Shown here: positions 1-8,189 of the stretch, in pieces | How positions within the stretch are numbered: the first letter of the stretch is position 1 | How the letters are laid out: each line of letters begins with the position of its first letter | NCBI GenBank assembly: GCA_031411295.1 | Contig: JANOAV010000067.1 | Span: 1 to 18,184 of the forward strand | Length of the DNA: 18,184 bases | Source: Verrucomicrobiales bacterium | GTDB taxonomy: Bacteria > Verrucomicrobiota > Verrucomicrobiia > Verrucomicrobiales > V1-33 | Reading direction: 5' to 3' | Notes under the pieces: generated by a model | The model's input: only the letters and a program-made list of their open reading frames with translations | The model's database searches: none | Told to the model about the DNA's origin: nothing | Position numbers and translations under genes: made by a program

Positions 1-83
1 TGGGGAATGACGTTTCCGAGTTGGGGAATGACGTTTCCGAGTTGGGGAATGACGTTTCCGAGTTGGGGAATGATGTTTCCGAC
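1..83. repeat. 21-bp tandem repeat array (TGGGGAATGACGTTTCCGAGT), at least 3.9 copies, probably truncated by the window start
   Basis: Identical units at 1-21, 22-42 and 43-63, then a degenerate unit at 64-83 (TGGGGAATGATGTTTCCGAC). Each unit contains the dyad GGAA-N6-TTCC. There are no spacers. Confidence 0.95.
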
Positions 84-108
84 GGAGGGCAGAGGACGGA
101 AGGCGGAG
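81..108. repeat. Degenerate heptamer tandem repeat, 4 copies
   Basis: GACGGAG-GGCAGAG-GACGGAA-GGCGGAG directly abutting the 21-bp array. Confidence 0.6.
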
Positions 109-148
109 CGCGATCCAATGGTTTGCGGTGCCACGGCAGCAGGAAAAA

Positions 149-248
149 GTGTCGCCAGAGAACCACAGCAGAGTAAGACATACTGCCGTTGCTTCCGTCA
201 GGACCTGGCGGGGTTCATAAGCTCACACTCTATGGCCCCTGACGACGC
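149..248 (-). ncRNA. ffs: Signal recognition particle RNA (small bacterial 4.5S type)
   Basis: The minus strand reads GAACCCCGCCAGGTCC-TGAC-GGAAGCAACGGCAG, the conserved SRP domain IV/helix 8 motif (CAGGUCC-loop-GGAAGCA). The ends pair into a long rod (GCGTCGTCAGGGGCCATAG / CTGTGGTTCTCTGGCGACAC). Length is about 100 nt, followed by a T5 run (144-148). Confidence 0.92.
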
Positions 249-320
249 GGCCATTTAAACGTAGTCCCGACGGACCGCAAATGGAATCTGCATGGAACCT
301 GTCGCACCCACCTGATTCGG

Positions 321-800
321 CTAGCCTGGCCGCACTGCTGCCTTCTCCATGAGCACATGTGGCAGTCCTATTTCCTCAAATACCGGGCCCGTGGCGGTAT
401 ATCCCAATCGCTCATAGAACCCCTGCACGCTCTGACGCGAATGCAGACAGAAGCGCTGCGCGCCTGAATGCATCAGGAAATGCTCCAACCCGCGCATCAC
501 CTGCGCCCCGAAGCCCTGGCCCTGAAACTGGGGAGCCACTGCCACCTGACGCAGTTTCCACAGCCCAGCGCTCACTTCAACCGCCGTCGCGCAGGCAATG
601 ATTGGTTCTGGCGTTACGTCCTGACCTAGACTCGCCTCGAAGATCCCATAATGCACCATCGGCGGCCCTTCCTTCATCAATTCAGCCACTGTCAGCGTCA
701 GCCCCAACGGCTCACGTAACACCCGCTGGCGCAGTTCGACCGCAGCCCAGAATTCGCGCGAACCATAGGGGAAATCATATTCAGAGGAACAAACAGACAT
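321..800 (-). CDS. GNAT-family N-acetyltransferase (YjcF/ElaA-like)
   Basis: LRQRVLREPLGL N-terminal helix, acetyl-CoA motif A (LRQVAVAPQFQGQGFG), and LHSR...FYERLGY...FEEIGLPHVLMEK C-terminus typical of YjcF/ElaA. Confidence 0.9.
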   Translation of the reverse strand: MSVCSSEYDFPYGSREFWAAVELRQRVLREPLGLTLTVAELMKEGPPMVHYGIFEASLGQDVTPEPIIACATAVEVSAGLWKLRQVAVAPQFQGQGFGAQVMRGLEHFLMHSGAQRFCLHSRQSVQGFYERLGYTATGPVFEEIGLPHVLMEKAAVRPG

Positions 801-810
801 CCTCCAAAAA

Positions 811-884
811 TAAGGAGGGTGGACATTCTGTCCACCAGTAATCCCACGTTCCAGGGGGAGCGTGGGCGCTACCGCTACTCCTTA
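811..884. repeat. REP-like palindromes in a divergent intergenic region
   Basis: GGAG followed by a perfect 8-bp stem GGTGGACA-TTC-TGTCCACC (818-836); second hairpin CCCACGTTCC...GGAGCGTGGG (843-866); flanked by inverted TAAGGAG (811-817) / CTCCTTA (878-884). Confidence 0.5.
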
Positions 885-922
885 GCCTTGCATCCCGTCA
901 GCATCAAATCTAAGGAACGCCC

Positions 923-3900
923 ATGGTGACGTTGACACAGGATTTACTGATAGATGCAGGCGGATGGGCGGCTTTGAAAGAAGCCAAGGCCATGCATGCG
1001 GCGGGGCGCGTGCGGGAAGCTTCTTATGTGGATGGATTGCTGCTGGGCTTGGTTTCCTGCGGGCAGACGGAGTATCGCAGCGGACTGCGCATCGCCTCTC
1101 CCACCGATATGGAGAACCTGTGCACCTGCATGGAATCGCGTCGGCGGGGCGTGGTGTGTGCCCATGCTCTGGCGGTGGGATTGGAGGTTCTTAAACCAAC
1201 CGGCAAATCCTCCGCGCCTGGGCCCAAGCCCGTGGCCCAGCCGGCTGCGGCTCCGCTGGCCAAGGTGCCGGTGATGCCAATTTCCCCAACGGGCACCGGG
1301 CCATTCGTCGAACTCCATGTCATCCTGCCAGTTAAATTTCACGAAGCCTGGACCAAGAACAGCCTGACAGTGGTCCTGGAATTAGCCTCCGGCGGTCAAC
1401 GGAAGCCTTTCGCCACTTGGGACACGAAGCGCGAGGCTCGCTGCGATGAAGCGGATGCCACCCTGCTGGCAACGCTCTGGCCATTGCTGGGTGGGAAACC
1501 AGCGTCCATGGCAATCCTGAATCGCGAGCAGATGGCCAGCGTGCTGAGTGCCTTGCCGGGACATCCACGGGTCACTTACGGCAAAGCCGCGGATGCCATG
1601 ATCAGCGAGGAAGCCTTGCGGCCAACCCTTCATTTCACGAAAGATGCCGCGGGCAATTTAACGCTGCACACGGAAGTCCCCGGACCGCTGCTAATAGCCA
1701 AGGGATTCGTCTGGCGCTTGGTGGATGGAGTCCTGCAAGCGGTGGCTCCGGGGCTGCCAGCGGCTTACACGGCGGTCTTGCAGGGCCCGATCTCCCTACC
1801 TGCACCAGCGGTGGAGGGGTTCGTGGCCAAGGAGGTTCCGTTGCTAGCGGGATTCTTTGAATGTGTCGGGATCGATTTCACGGTGCCGGCAGAACGACCT
1901 ATCAATGAGCCTAAACGTGAAGTGAGTCTGCTGCTGGAGGGATCGCTGAATTTCCTGGCGGCACGTTTCCTGACAACTTCGGTGCCGACTGATGTCGCGC
2001 GCATGGAATCGATGGGATTCAGCCTGCCAGATGGCAAAGGAGAGATGCTGCTGAAAGGCGAGCGCACGATCCTGACATTTTTTGCGGTGGATTTACCAAA
2101 GCTCGAACGCGCTTGGAAAGTCACGCTGGGCGAACGTTTCACCCATGTGACGCGCAACGTAGAGCGCCTAGAAGCCCGCATGGAAGTGCGTGGGAGCGGT
2201 CAGCAGTGGTTCGAGCTGGCGTATGATTTCGAGTCGGCCGGAGGAGAGAAAGTGGATCGGGCAGAAATGGTGCGCTTGTTGCAGAGCGGGCAGAGTTTCG
2301 TGAAACGTGGCAATGGCAAGGTTGTGGTATTTGATAGTGAACTGGTGGAGGACTTCACGGAACTGCTGCGCGACTGCAACCCGCAGCAGCAAAAGGACGG
2401 CACGTTCCGCCTGGCGAATCGACAGGCCGGTGGGTTGCAGGCTTTTGCGGAGGACGCGGGCTGGAACATCCGCGCCGAAGCCGCCTGGCAGGCTTCGGCG
2501 GGAGCCACGCGACATTTGGAGGAGCTGCAGCCAGTGCCGTTAGGAACACTGAATGATACGCTGAGGGATTACCAGAAGCAGGGCGTCTATTGGCTGAATT
2601 TCCTGGCCCAGAATGGATTCGGCGGGATTCTGGCGGATGAAATGGGCTTAGGCAAGACCCTGCAAGCCCTGGCATTTGCGCGCACGTTAGGTGGTTTGGG
2701 GCCGGTGTTGATCGTTTGCCCGTCCACGTTAGTATTTAACTGGCAGGCAGAAGCTGCCCGCTGGACACCAGAGCTGAAAGTCGTGGTGCTGGAAGGATCG
2801 CGCCGTGCGGAACAATTCGCTGCCATCACGGGCGCGCAGTTGGTGATTACGAGCTATGCGCTGCTGCGATTGGACGTGGACGCGCATCGGGCTTTGCAAT
2901 ACGCGGCAGTGATCTTGGATGAAGCTCAGCAGATCAAGAATCCGGACAGTCAGAATGCACAGGCAGCGGTGGCCCTGCGGGCAAAGCATCGTTTCGTCAT
3001 GACGGGAACACCCGTGGAGAACTCCGTGCGGGACTTGTGGTCGTTGATGCATTTCCTGATGCCCGGTTATCTGGGCACGAGGAAGGAATTCAAGGAACGC
3101 TATGAAGGCCCCATCGGCACCCAACCCGGCGGCCCCGAACAGCAGCGACTCGTGAAACGCATTCGGCCTTTCCTGCTGCGGCGGACGAAGCTGAACGTGG
3201 CCAAGGAATTGCCACAGAAATTGGAACAAGTGGCGTGGTGCGAGTTGTCCGGTCGCCAGCGGGAAATCTATGCCGAACTGGCCAAGGCGGCTCGGCAGCG
3301 ATTGTCGGAACTGGCCGGAGCCAAGGATCAGAAGCAAGGGCGCATGGTCATGCTCACGGCCCTGCTGCGCTTACGCCAAGCCGCGTGCGATGTGCGCCTG
3401 CTGGGCGCGGACGAGGAGATCTCAGAAGAGCAGGCCTCGGCCAAGCTGGAGTTGCTCATGGAGTTGCTAACCGAAGCCCAGGAAGGCGGGCACCGGGTGC
3501 TGGTGTTCAGTCAGTTTGTCAAAATGCTCACTGGCATCCGATCCCGTCTGGAAGCGGAAGGCGTGAGCTACTGTTATTTGGATGGCAGCAGCAAAGACCG
3601 GGCGGAACAAGTGCAGCGTTTCCAGACTGGCACCGTGCCAGTGTTCCTCATCAGCCTCAAAGCCGGTGGCACCGGGCTCACCCTGACCGCAGCCGACACC
3701 GTCATTCATTTCGACCCCTGGTGGAACCCCGCCGTGGAAGCCCAAGCCACAGACCGCGCCCACCGGATCGGTCAAACCAAAGTAGTCACCAGCTACAAAC
3801 TCATCGCCAGAAACACCGTGGAAGAAAAGATCCTCGCCCTCCAAGCCAAGAAGCGCACCCTGATAGCCGCTACGCTGGAAAGTGAACAACCGATGCTCGA

Positions 3901-3940
3901 AGGGCTGACCATGGATGAGATCCGCGAGTTGGTGGAGTGA
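923..3940 (+). CDS. SWIM zinc finger-containing SNF2-family ATP-dependent helicase/translocase
   Basis: N-terminal SWIM motif CTC-x9-CAH; motif I LADEMGLGKT; motif II LDEAQ; motif III TGTPVEN; LVFSQF; SLKAGGTGLTL; DPWWNPAVEAQATDRAHRIGQ. Confidence 0.95.
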   Translation: MVTLTQDLLIDAGGWAALKEAKAMHAAGRVREASYVDGLLLGLVSCGQTEYRSGLRIASPTDMENLCTCMESRRRGVVCAHALAVGLEVLKPTGKSSAPGPKPVAQPAAAPLAKVPVMPISPTGTGPFVELHVILPVKFHEAWTKNSLTVVLELASGGQRKPFATWDTKREARCDEADATLLATLWPLLGGKPASMAILNREQMASVLSALPGHPRVTYGKAADAMISEEALRPTLHFTKDAAGNLTLHTEVPGPLLIAKGFVWRLVDGVLQAVAPGLPAAYTAVLQGPISLPAPAVEGFVAKEVPLLAGFFECVGIDFTVPAERPINEPKREVSLLLEGSLNFLAARFLTTSVPTDVARMESMGFSLPDGKGEMLLKGERTILTFFAVDLPKLERAWKVTLGERFTHVTRNVERLEARMEVRGSGQQWFELAYDFESAGGEKVDRAEMVRLLQSGQSFVKRGNGKVVVFDSELVEDFTELLRDCNPQQQKDGTFRLANRQAGGLQAFAEDAGWNIRAEAAWQASAGATRHLEELQPVPLGTLNDTLRDYQKQGVYWLNFLAQNGFGGILADEMGLGKTLQALAFARTLGGLGPVLIVCPSTLVFNWQAEAARWTPELKVVVLEGSRRAEQFAAITGAQLVITSYALLRLDVDAHRALQYAAVILDEAQQIKNPDSQNAQAAVALRAKHRFVMTGTPVENSVRDLWSLMHFLMPGYLGTRKEFKERYEGPIGTQPGGPEQQRLVKRIRPFLLRRTKLNVAKELPQKLEQVAWCELSGRQREIYAELAKAARQRLSELAGAKDQKQGRMVMLTALLRLRQAACDVRLLGADEEISEEQASAKLELLMELLTEAQEGGHRVLVFSQFVKMLTGIRSRLEAEGVSYCYLDGSSKDRAEQVQRFQTGTVPVFLISLKAGGTGLTLTAADTVIHFDPWWNPAVEAQATDRAHRIGQTKVVTSYKLIARNTVEEKILALQAKKRTLIAATLESEQPMLEGLTMDEIRELVE

Positions 3941-3953
3941 GCACCTGCGGAGG

Positions 3954-4010
3954 GCGAGGTGACGAGGCCAGCGTGATTCGGTGCGCTCATGCGCCAGCCT
4001 CGGCCTCGCA
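3954..4010. repeat. Imperfect inverted repeat after the SNF2 gene
   Basis: GCGAGGTGACGAGGC ... GCCTCGGCCTCGC can pair as a long stem. There is no U-tract, so it looks REP-like rather than an intrinsic terminator. Confidence 0.4.
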
Positions 4011-4058
4011 AATTCACTCGGCTCCAACCTTGCCGTCGCAGTCCACTTGTGGTAGAAA

Positions 4059-4805
4059 ATGCCCATGAAGAAATTGCTTTGGGTAATGCTCTGTGGTCTG
4101 GGGAGTGGCGGAATTTGGATGCTGGCCAAGGAGGTCGGCGGAACCAATCTGCCCGTGAGCGACCTGCTCGTAAAGGTCCGCGCCTCCGTGCGTCCGACGC
4201 TGGATGCGGAAGCTAAATCCAAAGCGTTAACGGTAGGCAGTCCGGTCTTGGTGCGAATTTTTAAAGAGAGCCTGGAACTGGAGGTCTGGCTGCAGCAACC
4301 CAAGGCCCAGCAATGGGTCTTGTTCAAAACTTACCCAATCCACAAATGGGGTGGCGGCACTCTGGGCCCCAAATTGGCCGAAGGTGATGGTCAAGCCCCG
4401 GAAGGATTCTACAGCGTGGGAGCCAAGCAAATGAATCCCTTCAGCAATTACCATTTGGCTTTCAATATCGGCTATCCCAACGCCTTCGACCAAGCCAAGG
4501 GCCGCACTGGCAGTGCCATCATGGTCCACGGAGCCAAGGTTTCCATCGGTTGCTTTGCGATGACCGATCCGTTGATTGAGGAAATTTACCTCCTCACCGA
4601 AGCAGCCTTGCTGGCTGGCCAGGGCAAGTTTCCCGTGCACATCTTTCCGTTCCGCATGACTCCCGAGCGCATGGCGGCGGCCAAGGATGATCCCAACCTT
4701 CCCTTCTGGGAGAACCTGCGCGAAGGCTACCGCATGTTTGAAGAGGCCAAGCAACTCCCCAAAGTCACGGGCGATTCCACAGGCTATCATTTCACGAAAC
4801 CGTAA
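4059..4805 (+). CDS. L,D-transpeptidase-family protein, YafK/DpaA(LdtF)-like (start may be 4065)
   Basis: N-terminal hydrophobic anchor/signal; VRIFKESLELEVW, GPKLAEGDGQAPEGFY, NPFSNYHLAFNIGYPNAFD; catalytic IMVHG-x3-SIGC motif. Confidence 0.9.
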   Translation: MPMKKLLWVMLCGLGSGGIWMLAKEVGGTNLPVSDLLVKVRASVRPTLDAEAKSKALTVGSPVLVRIFKESLELEVWLQQPKAQQWVLFKTYPIHKWGGGTLGPKLAEGDGQAPEGFYSVGAKQMNPFSNYHLAFNIGYPNAFDQAKGRTGSAIMVHGAKVSIGCFAMTDPLIEEIYLLTEAALLAGQGKFPVHIFPFRMTPERMAAAKDDPNLPFWENLREGYRMFEEAKQLPKVTGDSTGYHFTKP

Positions 4806-4856
4806 CCACCGCGAGGTCATTAGCGCAGACGCAGCCTAACCACGGACACTGCACGG

Positions 4857-5987
4857 TTATTTGCTAGGGGCCGTCGGCTGATTGGATGCTTCCAATGAAT
4901 CCACTCCAGCCTGCCCTGGCGTAAACCTTCGCCTAACAACTTCCGCATCCATCATGACCAATGAGCGCAGGGGCACGTGACGAATGGCTCCGCGGTCATC
5001 CATGAACTGGGCCGCAGGCTCCGTGGCGGCTGGATCAAGTTCGGTGGGGGCGGGCAGACTGACGAGACCGCTGGCTTTGGCAAACAGGGTGGTGCCGATG
5101 CGACTGGTCCAGATGCGGTAGTCCTGAGTTTCGGTCAAGAGTTTCCGCCGGGCTTCCTGCTCTTCCTTCTGCTTCCAGAGTCGATTGGTGGCCAATTCCA
5201 GTCGATTCACCAATTTCGTTAGCGAAGCCACCCGCAGGGCCCTATTGAAGTTATAGCCGACCAACCGTTCCACCTCGTGCCCCTCGGAATCGAAGAGTAT
5301 CATGGTGGGCAAACTGCGCACGCGGAGGAATTTCTGATAGGCTTTGATGGCTGCGATTTGCTGTTCCCGCCTGGTTTTTAGCTTTTCATCGGTCCCCAAG
5401 CTGGAAGTTGAAGCACGGGAGGGGACGGTAAGAAAAGAGAGCACCAACTTCTGCGCGGCAAATTTTTGGAATCCAGCATTGCAAAACAGATCGTTATTAA
5501 GCGCCCCGCAAGCAGGAGACCATTCAGGAGACCAGAACACCAGCAACATTGGCCGCCCCAGTTTCAAGGCCATGGCACGAGCTTCGCGCGGGCTTCTAAA
5601 CCAATGCGCGGTCTCGCCAATATTGGCCAAAGGGTCAGGACGCGCAGGTTGCCCGGCACCGTTCAATGGCACAGGAGCTTCTTTCGGGGCGACCAGTCCT
5701 GGCATTTCTGGGAGAGCTGGTTCCTCCGAACCATCGCGCGGTCCTTGCAGTGGGGGCACGTCGGGCAGCATGTTTGCTGGAGGCAAATCGGCGGGTTGTC
5801 CTTCCGGACCAGGATCGGGCAGTAATCCAGCATCCGGTGCCAGCGAGTCCAGCGGCAGCTTGGTGGAAGGCTCAGTCCACTCAGGCAAATTATCCGCCCC
5901 ATCCTGTGCGCGCACGCAGCCAATTCCCAGCATCCACACGCCGGGAATCATGACCGTTAGCAACCGAAGACAGGAATGGTGATTCAT
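4857..5987 (-). CDS. Exported thioredoxin-fold protein with SxxC motif, Pro-rich linker and C-terminal SHD1-like domain
   Basis: Signal peptide ending VRA-QD; Pro-rich region; 'W..S..EA...A....RPMLLVF...EWSPAC..L...LF....F..FA...LV' and 'VRSLPTMILFDSEG' match Thioredoxin_7-type folds; YRIWTSRIG...VPLRSL...D resembles SHD1. Confidence 0.78.
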   Translation of the reverse strand: MNHHSCLRLLTVMIPGVWMLGIGCVRAQDGADNLPEWTEPSTKLPLDSLAPDAGLLPDPGPEGQPADLPPANMLPDVPPLQGPRDGSEEPALPEMPGLVAPKEAPVPLNGAGQPARPDPLANIGETAHWFRSPREARAMALKLGRPMLLVFWSPEWSPACGALNNDLFCNAGFQKFAAQKLVLSFLTVPSRASTSSLGTDEKLKTRREQQIAAIKAYQKFLRVRSLPTMILFDSEGHEVERLVGYNFNRALRVASLTKLVNRLELATNRLWKQKEEQEARRKLLTETQDYRIWTSRIGTTLFAKASGLVSLPAPTELDPAATEPAAQFMDDRGAIRHVPLRSLVMMDAEVVRRRFTPGQAGVDSLEASNQPTAPSK

Positions 5988-6265
5988 TAGGTGGGCAAAT
6001 AATCATGATTCGGCTGGTTTGGGAAGGGGAAACTTCGGGTAACAAAAGTGCACGGTGCACGCGGCGGGTCTTGGATTCGTGATAATCGTCAGCGCGACTT
6101 CCCTGCGCCCAGATCCGCCCAGAACCAGCTTAGACTCACTCCGCTGGTCTCACGGCACGCCGACCTTGGGTGATGCCTATTGCCAGCATTGCCCGCCTCT
6201 CGCTCCTCCCGCGTTTTACAGTGATTGCCACTTTGCAGATCGAAGAAATTGCTTAGTCTCGCGAC

Positions 6266-7528
6266 ATGATGCGATTTCTCTTCCTGTTACTTCCGGCCTT
6301 CACCTACGCGGGCACTTGGCCAGCTTTCCGTGGTCCCACCAATGACGGTCACAGTCCGGCAACGAGACTGCCTCTGAACTGGAGCGAGACCGAGCACGTG
6401 ACTTGGAAAACGCCGATCCCGGGTAAAGGCTGGTCCACCCCCTTGGTTTCCGAAACTCAAGTCTGGGTGACCACAGCGACGGACGATGGGAAGGCAATGT
6501 CCGTGCTCTGTTTGGATCGCAAATCCGGCAAGATGCTGCATCAGGAAGTTTTGTTTAAGAACGAGGTGACGGAACCGCTGGGAAACCCTGTCAATGGTTA
6601 CGCTTCACCCACGGGCGTGCTAGTGGGCGATCAGGTGTTCCTCCATTTCGGAAGCTATGGGACGGCTTGTCTGGATACGAAGTCCTTCAAAAAAGTCTGG
6701 GAGCGGCGGGATTTACCCTGCCGTCATTACCGCGGTCCCGGCTCTTCCCTGTTTCATTACCACAACTCTATCATCCTCAGCATGGACGGGGTGGATGTGC
6801 AATATCTGGTGGCCTTGGACCTCAAGACCGGCCAGAACCGTTGGAAAACCGATCGCTCCACCGCTTGGAATGACCTGCAACCTGACGGCAAACCGAAGGC
6901 CGAAGGTGATATGCGCAAAGCCTACACCACTCCTTATCTCATTAAATTTCCCGATGGCAAAGAGCACCTCGTCAGCACGGGCAGCAAGGCCACCATCGCC
7001 TACAATCCCGCCGATGGGAAGGAACTCTGGTTTGCCACTTACACCGGCTATTCCAATGCCAGCAGCCCGGTCTTTGAGAATGGACGCGTGTTTTTCAATA
7101 CCGGATATGGCAAGGCCAATCAAATTGGACTCGACATTAAAGGCGACAGCACTGGCGACTTGACCAGCAAAATTGCCTGGACCCAAACCAAGCGGATGCC
7201 TCTGCGTTCCTCACCCGTGATCGCCAACGGTCTCATTTTCGTCATCTCCGATGATGGCCACCTCTCATGCGTGGATCCAGCCACAGGTGAGGTTATTTGG
7301 AGTGAGCGCCTGCCCGGCCTGTTTTCGGGCAGTCCCATTCTGGTAGAAGGGAAACTATTGCTCTGTGATGAAGGCGGCAATTCCTATTGGATCGAGCCCG
7401 GACGCGAATTCAAGCAGCTAGCCACCAGCAAACTCGATATCGGCCTGCTCGCGAGCCCGGTGGCGGTGGATCATGAACTCTATTTGCGGAGTAAGACTCA
7501 TTTGTATCGGGTGGAGGGAAAACCCTAG
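6266..7528 (+). CDS. Secreted PQQ-like beta-propeller repeat protein (BamB-like family abundant in PVC bacteria)
   Basis: Signal peptide, then WPAFRGP, LPLNWS, WKTPIPGKGWSTP, repeated 'CLD..TG...W' blades, and C-terminal ASPVA....LYLRS...LY. Confidence 0.9.
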   Translation: MMRFLFLLLPAFTYAGTWPAFRGPTNDGHSPATRLPLNWSETEHVTWKTPIPGKGWSTPLVSETQVWVTTATDDGKAMSVLCLDRKSGKMLHQEVLFKNEVTEPLGNPVNGYASPTGVLVGDQVFLHFGSYGTACLDTKSFKKVWERRDLPCRHYRGPGSSLFHYHNSIILSMDGVDVQYLVALDLKTGQNRWKTDRSTAWNDLQPDGKPKAEGDMRKAYTTPYLIKFPDGKEHLVSTGSKATIAYNPADGKELWFATYTGYSNASSPVFENGRVFFNTGYGKANQIGLDIKGDSTGDLTSKIAWTQTKRMPLRSSPVIANGLIFVISDDGHLSCVDPATGEVIWSERLPGLFSGSPILVEGKLLLCDEGGNSYWIEPGREFKQLATSKLDIGLLASPVAVDHELYLRSKTHLYRVEGKP

Positions 7529-7578
7529 ATTAGTAAAAATCAGTGGACAGGCCTAACCTGTTGCACGATAGCGATTTT

Positions 7579-8187
7579 ATGGACAATCCTGCTACACCAG
7601 CTACTCCTCCGCCGATTCCGAACTCATTGGAAAATCTTTATGCAGCACCGCAATCCGCTGCTGAATTTCAGCCGCACCAAGCGGGCAACATGTGGCGCTT
7701 GGGAAACTTGCTGATTGCCACCAAGAACACCGAACTCCCGCCCATCTGCATTAAGACGGGAGCCCCGGCCACCATCTACAAGACCCGCAAGCTGGCTTGG
7801 CACTCGCCTTGGGCCTATTTGGGGCTCTTACTGGGGTTGATTCCCTTTGTTATTGTAGCGGCCATTATCACCAAACGCGGTTCTTTGCGCGTTGGTCTGT
7901 CAGCTGAGGCGGCTGCTGCTCGCAATAAATGGATTGCCGCTGGTTGGATCGGAACGGTGGCGATCATCGCTGGAATGGTGGTAGGCGCAAAAAACCTTGC
8001 TGATAGTGACTCCATTCCAATGGTGATCGGTTTAGGGATCATTTTACTCTTAACTTGGGTTATTATCGCTTCCAAGAAAGCGGCCCTCATGACCCCGAAG
8101 CGGATCTCGGAGACTCACATCTTCGTGAACGGAGTGCATCCGGCCGTGCTAGAGGGATTCCCCACTTGGACCTACCCAATTAAATAA
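7579..8187 (+). CDS. Hypothetical membrane protein (3 predicted TM helices)
   Basis: ATG at 7579 is preferred over GTG at 7543. Pro-rich N-terminus with NLYAAPQS motif, LPPICIKTG, and three hydrophobic segments. Confidence 0.8.
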   Translation: MDNPATPATPPPIPNSLENLYAAPQSAAEFQPHQAGNMWRLGNLLIATKNTELPPICIKTGAPATIYKTRKLAWHSPWAYLGLLLGLIPFVIVAAIITKRGSLRVGLSAEAAAARNKWIAAGWIGTVAIIAGMVVGAKNLADSDSIPMVIGLGIILLLTWVIIASKKAALMTPKRISETHIFVNGVHPAVLEGFPTWTYPIK

Positions 8188-8189
8188 TT

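Noticed and set aside
1..83. CRISPR array or other guide-RNA array
   Set aside because: Units are directly adjacent and identical, with no variable spacers, and there are no cas genes in the window.
84..148. Tn7/CAST transposon end at the ffs attachment site
   Set aside because: ffs is a known target of some type I-F3 elements, but there is no TGT terminus or spaced TnsB-site pattern and no tns genes are visible.
7..258. 83-aa ORF MTFPSWG...
   Set aside because: It is a translation of the tandem repeat running antisense through the SRP RNA gene.
3620..3860. Shift to C-ending codons near the 3' end of the SNF2 gene (similar at about 16380-16760)
   Set aside because: Judged by eye only; the frames and motifs are continuous, so there is no evidence of a recombination junction.
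923..3940. SNF2 helicase as part of an anti-phage system (DISARM/Zorya-like)
   Set aside because: No methylase, nuclease or other defence partners nearby; the SWIM-SNF2 architecture is a widespread stand-alone type.
6063..6115. Cobalamin riboswitch (GGGAAG...AAGACCCGCC on minus) or tmRNA 5' end
   Set aside because: The conserved 5' core of the B12 riboswitch is missing, and there is no tRNA-like 3' end or tag frame for tmRNA.
6055..6345. 96-aa plus-strand ORF
   Set aside because: GTG start, no recognisable features, and it overlaps the beta-propeller gene out of frame.
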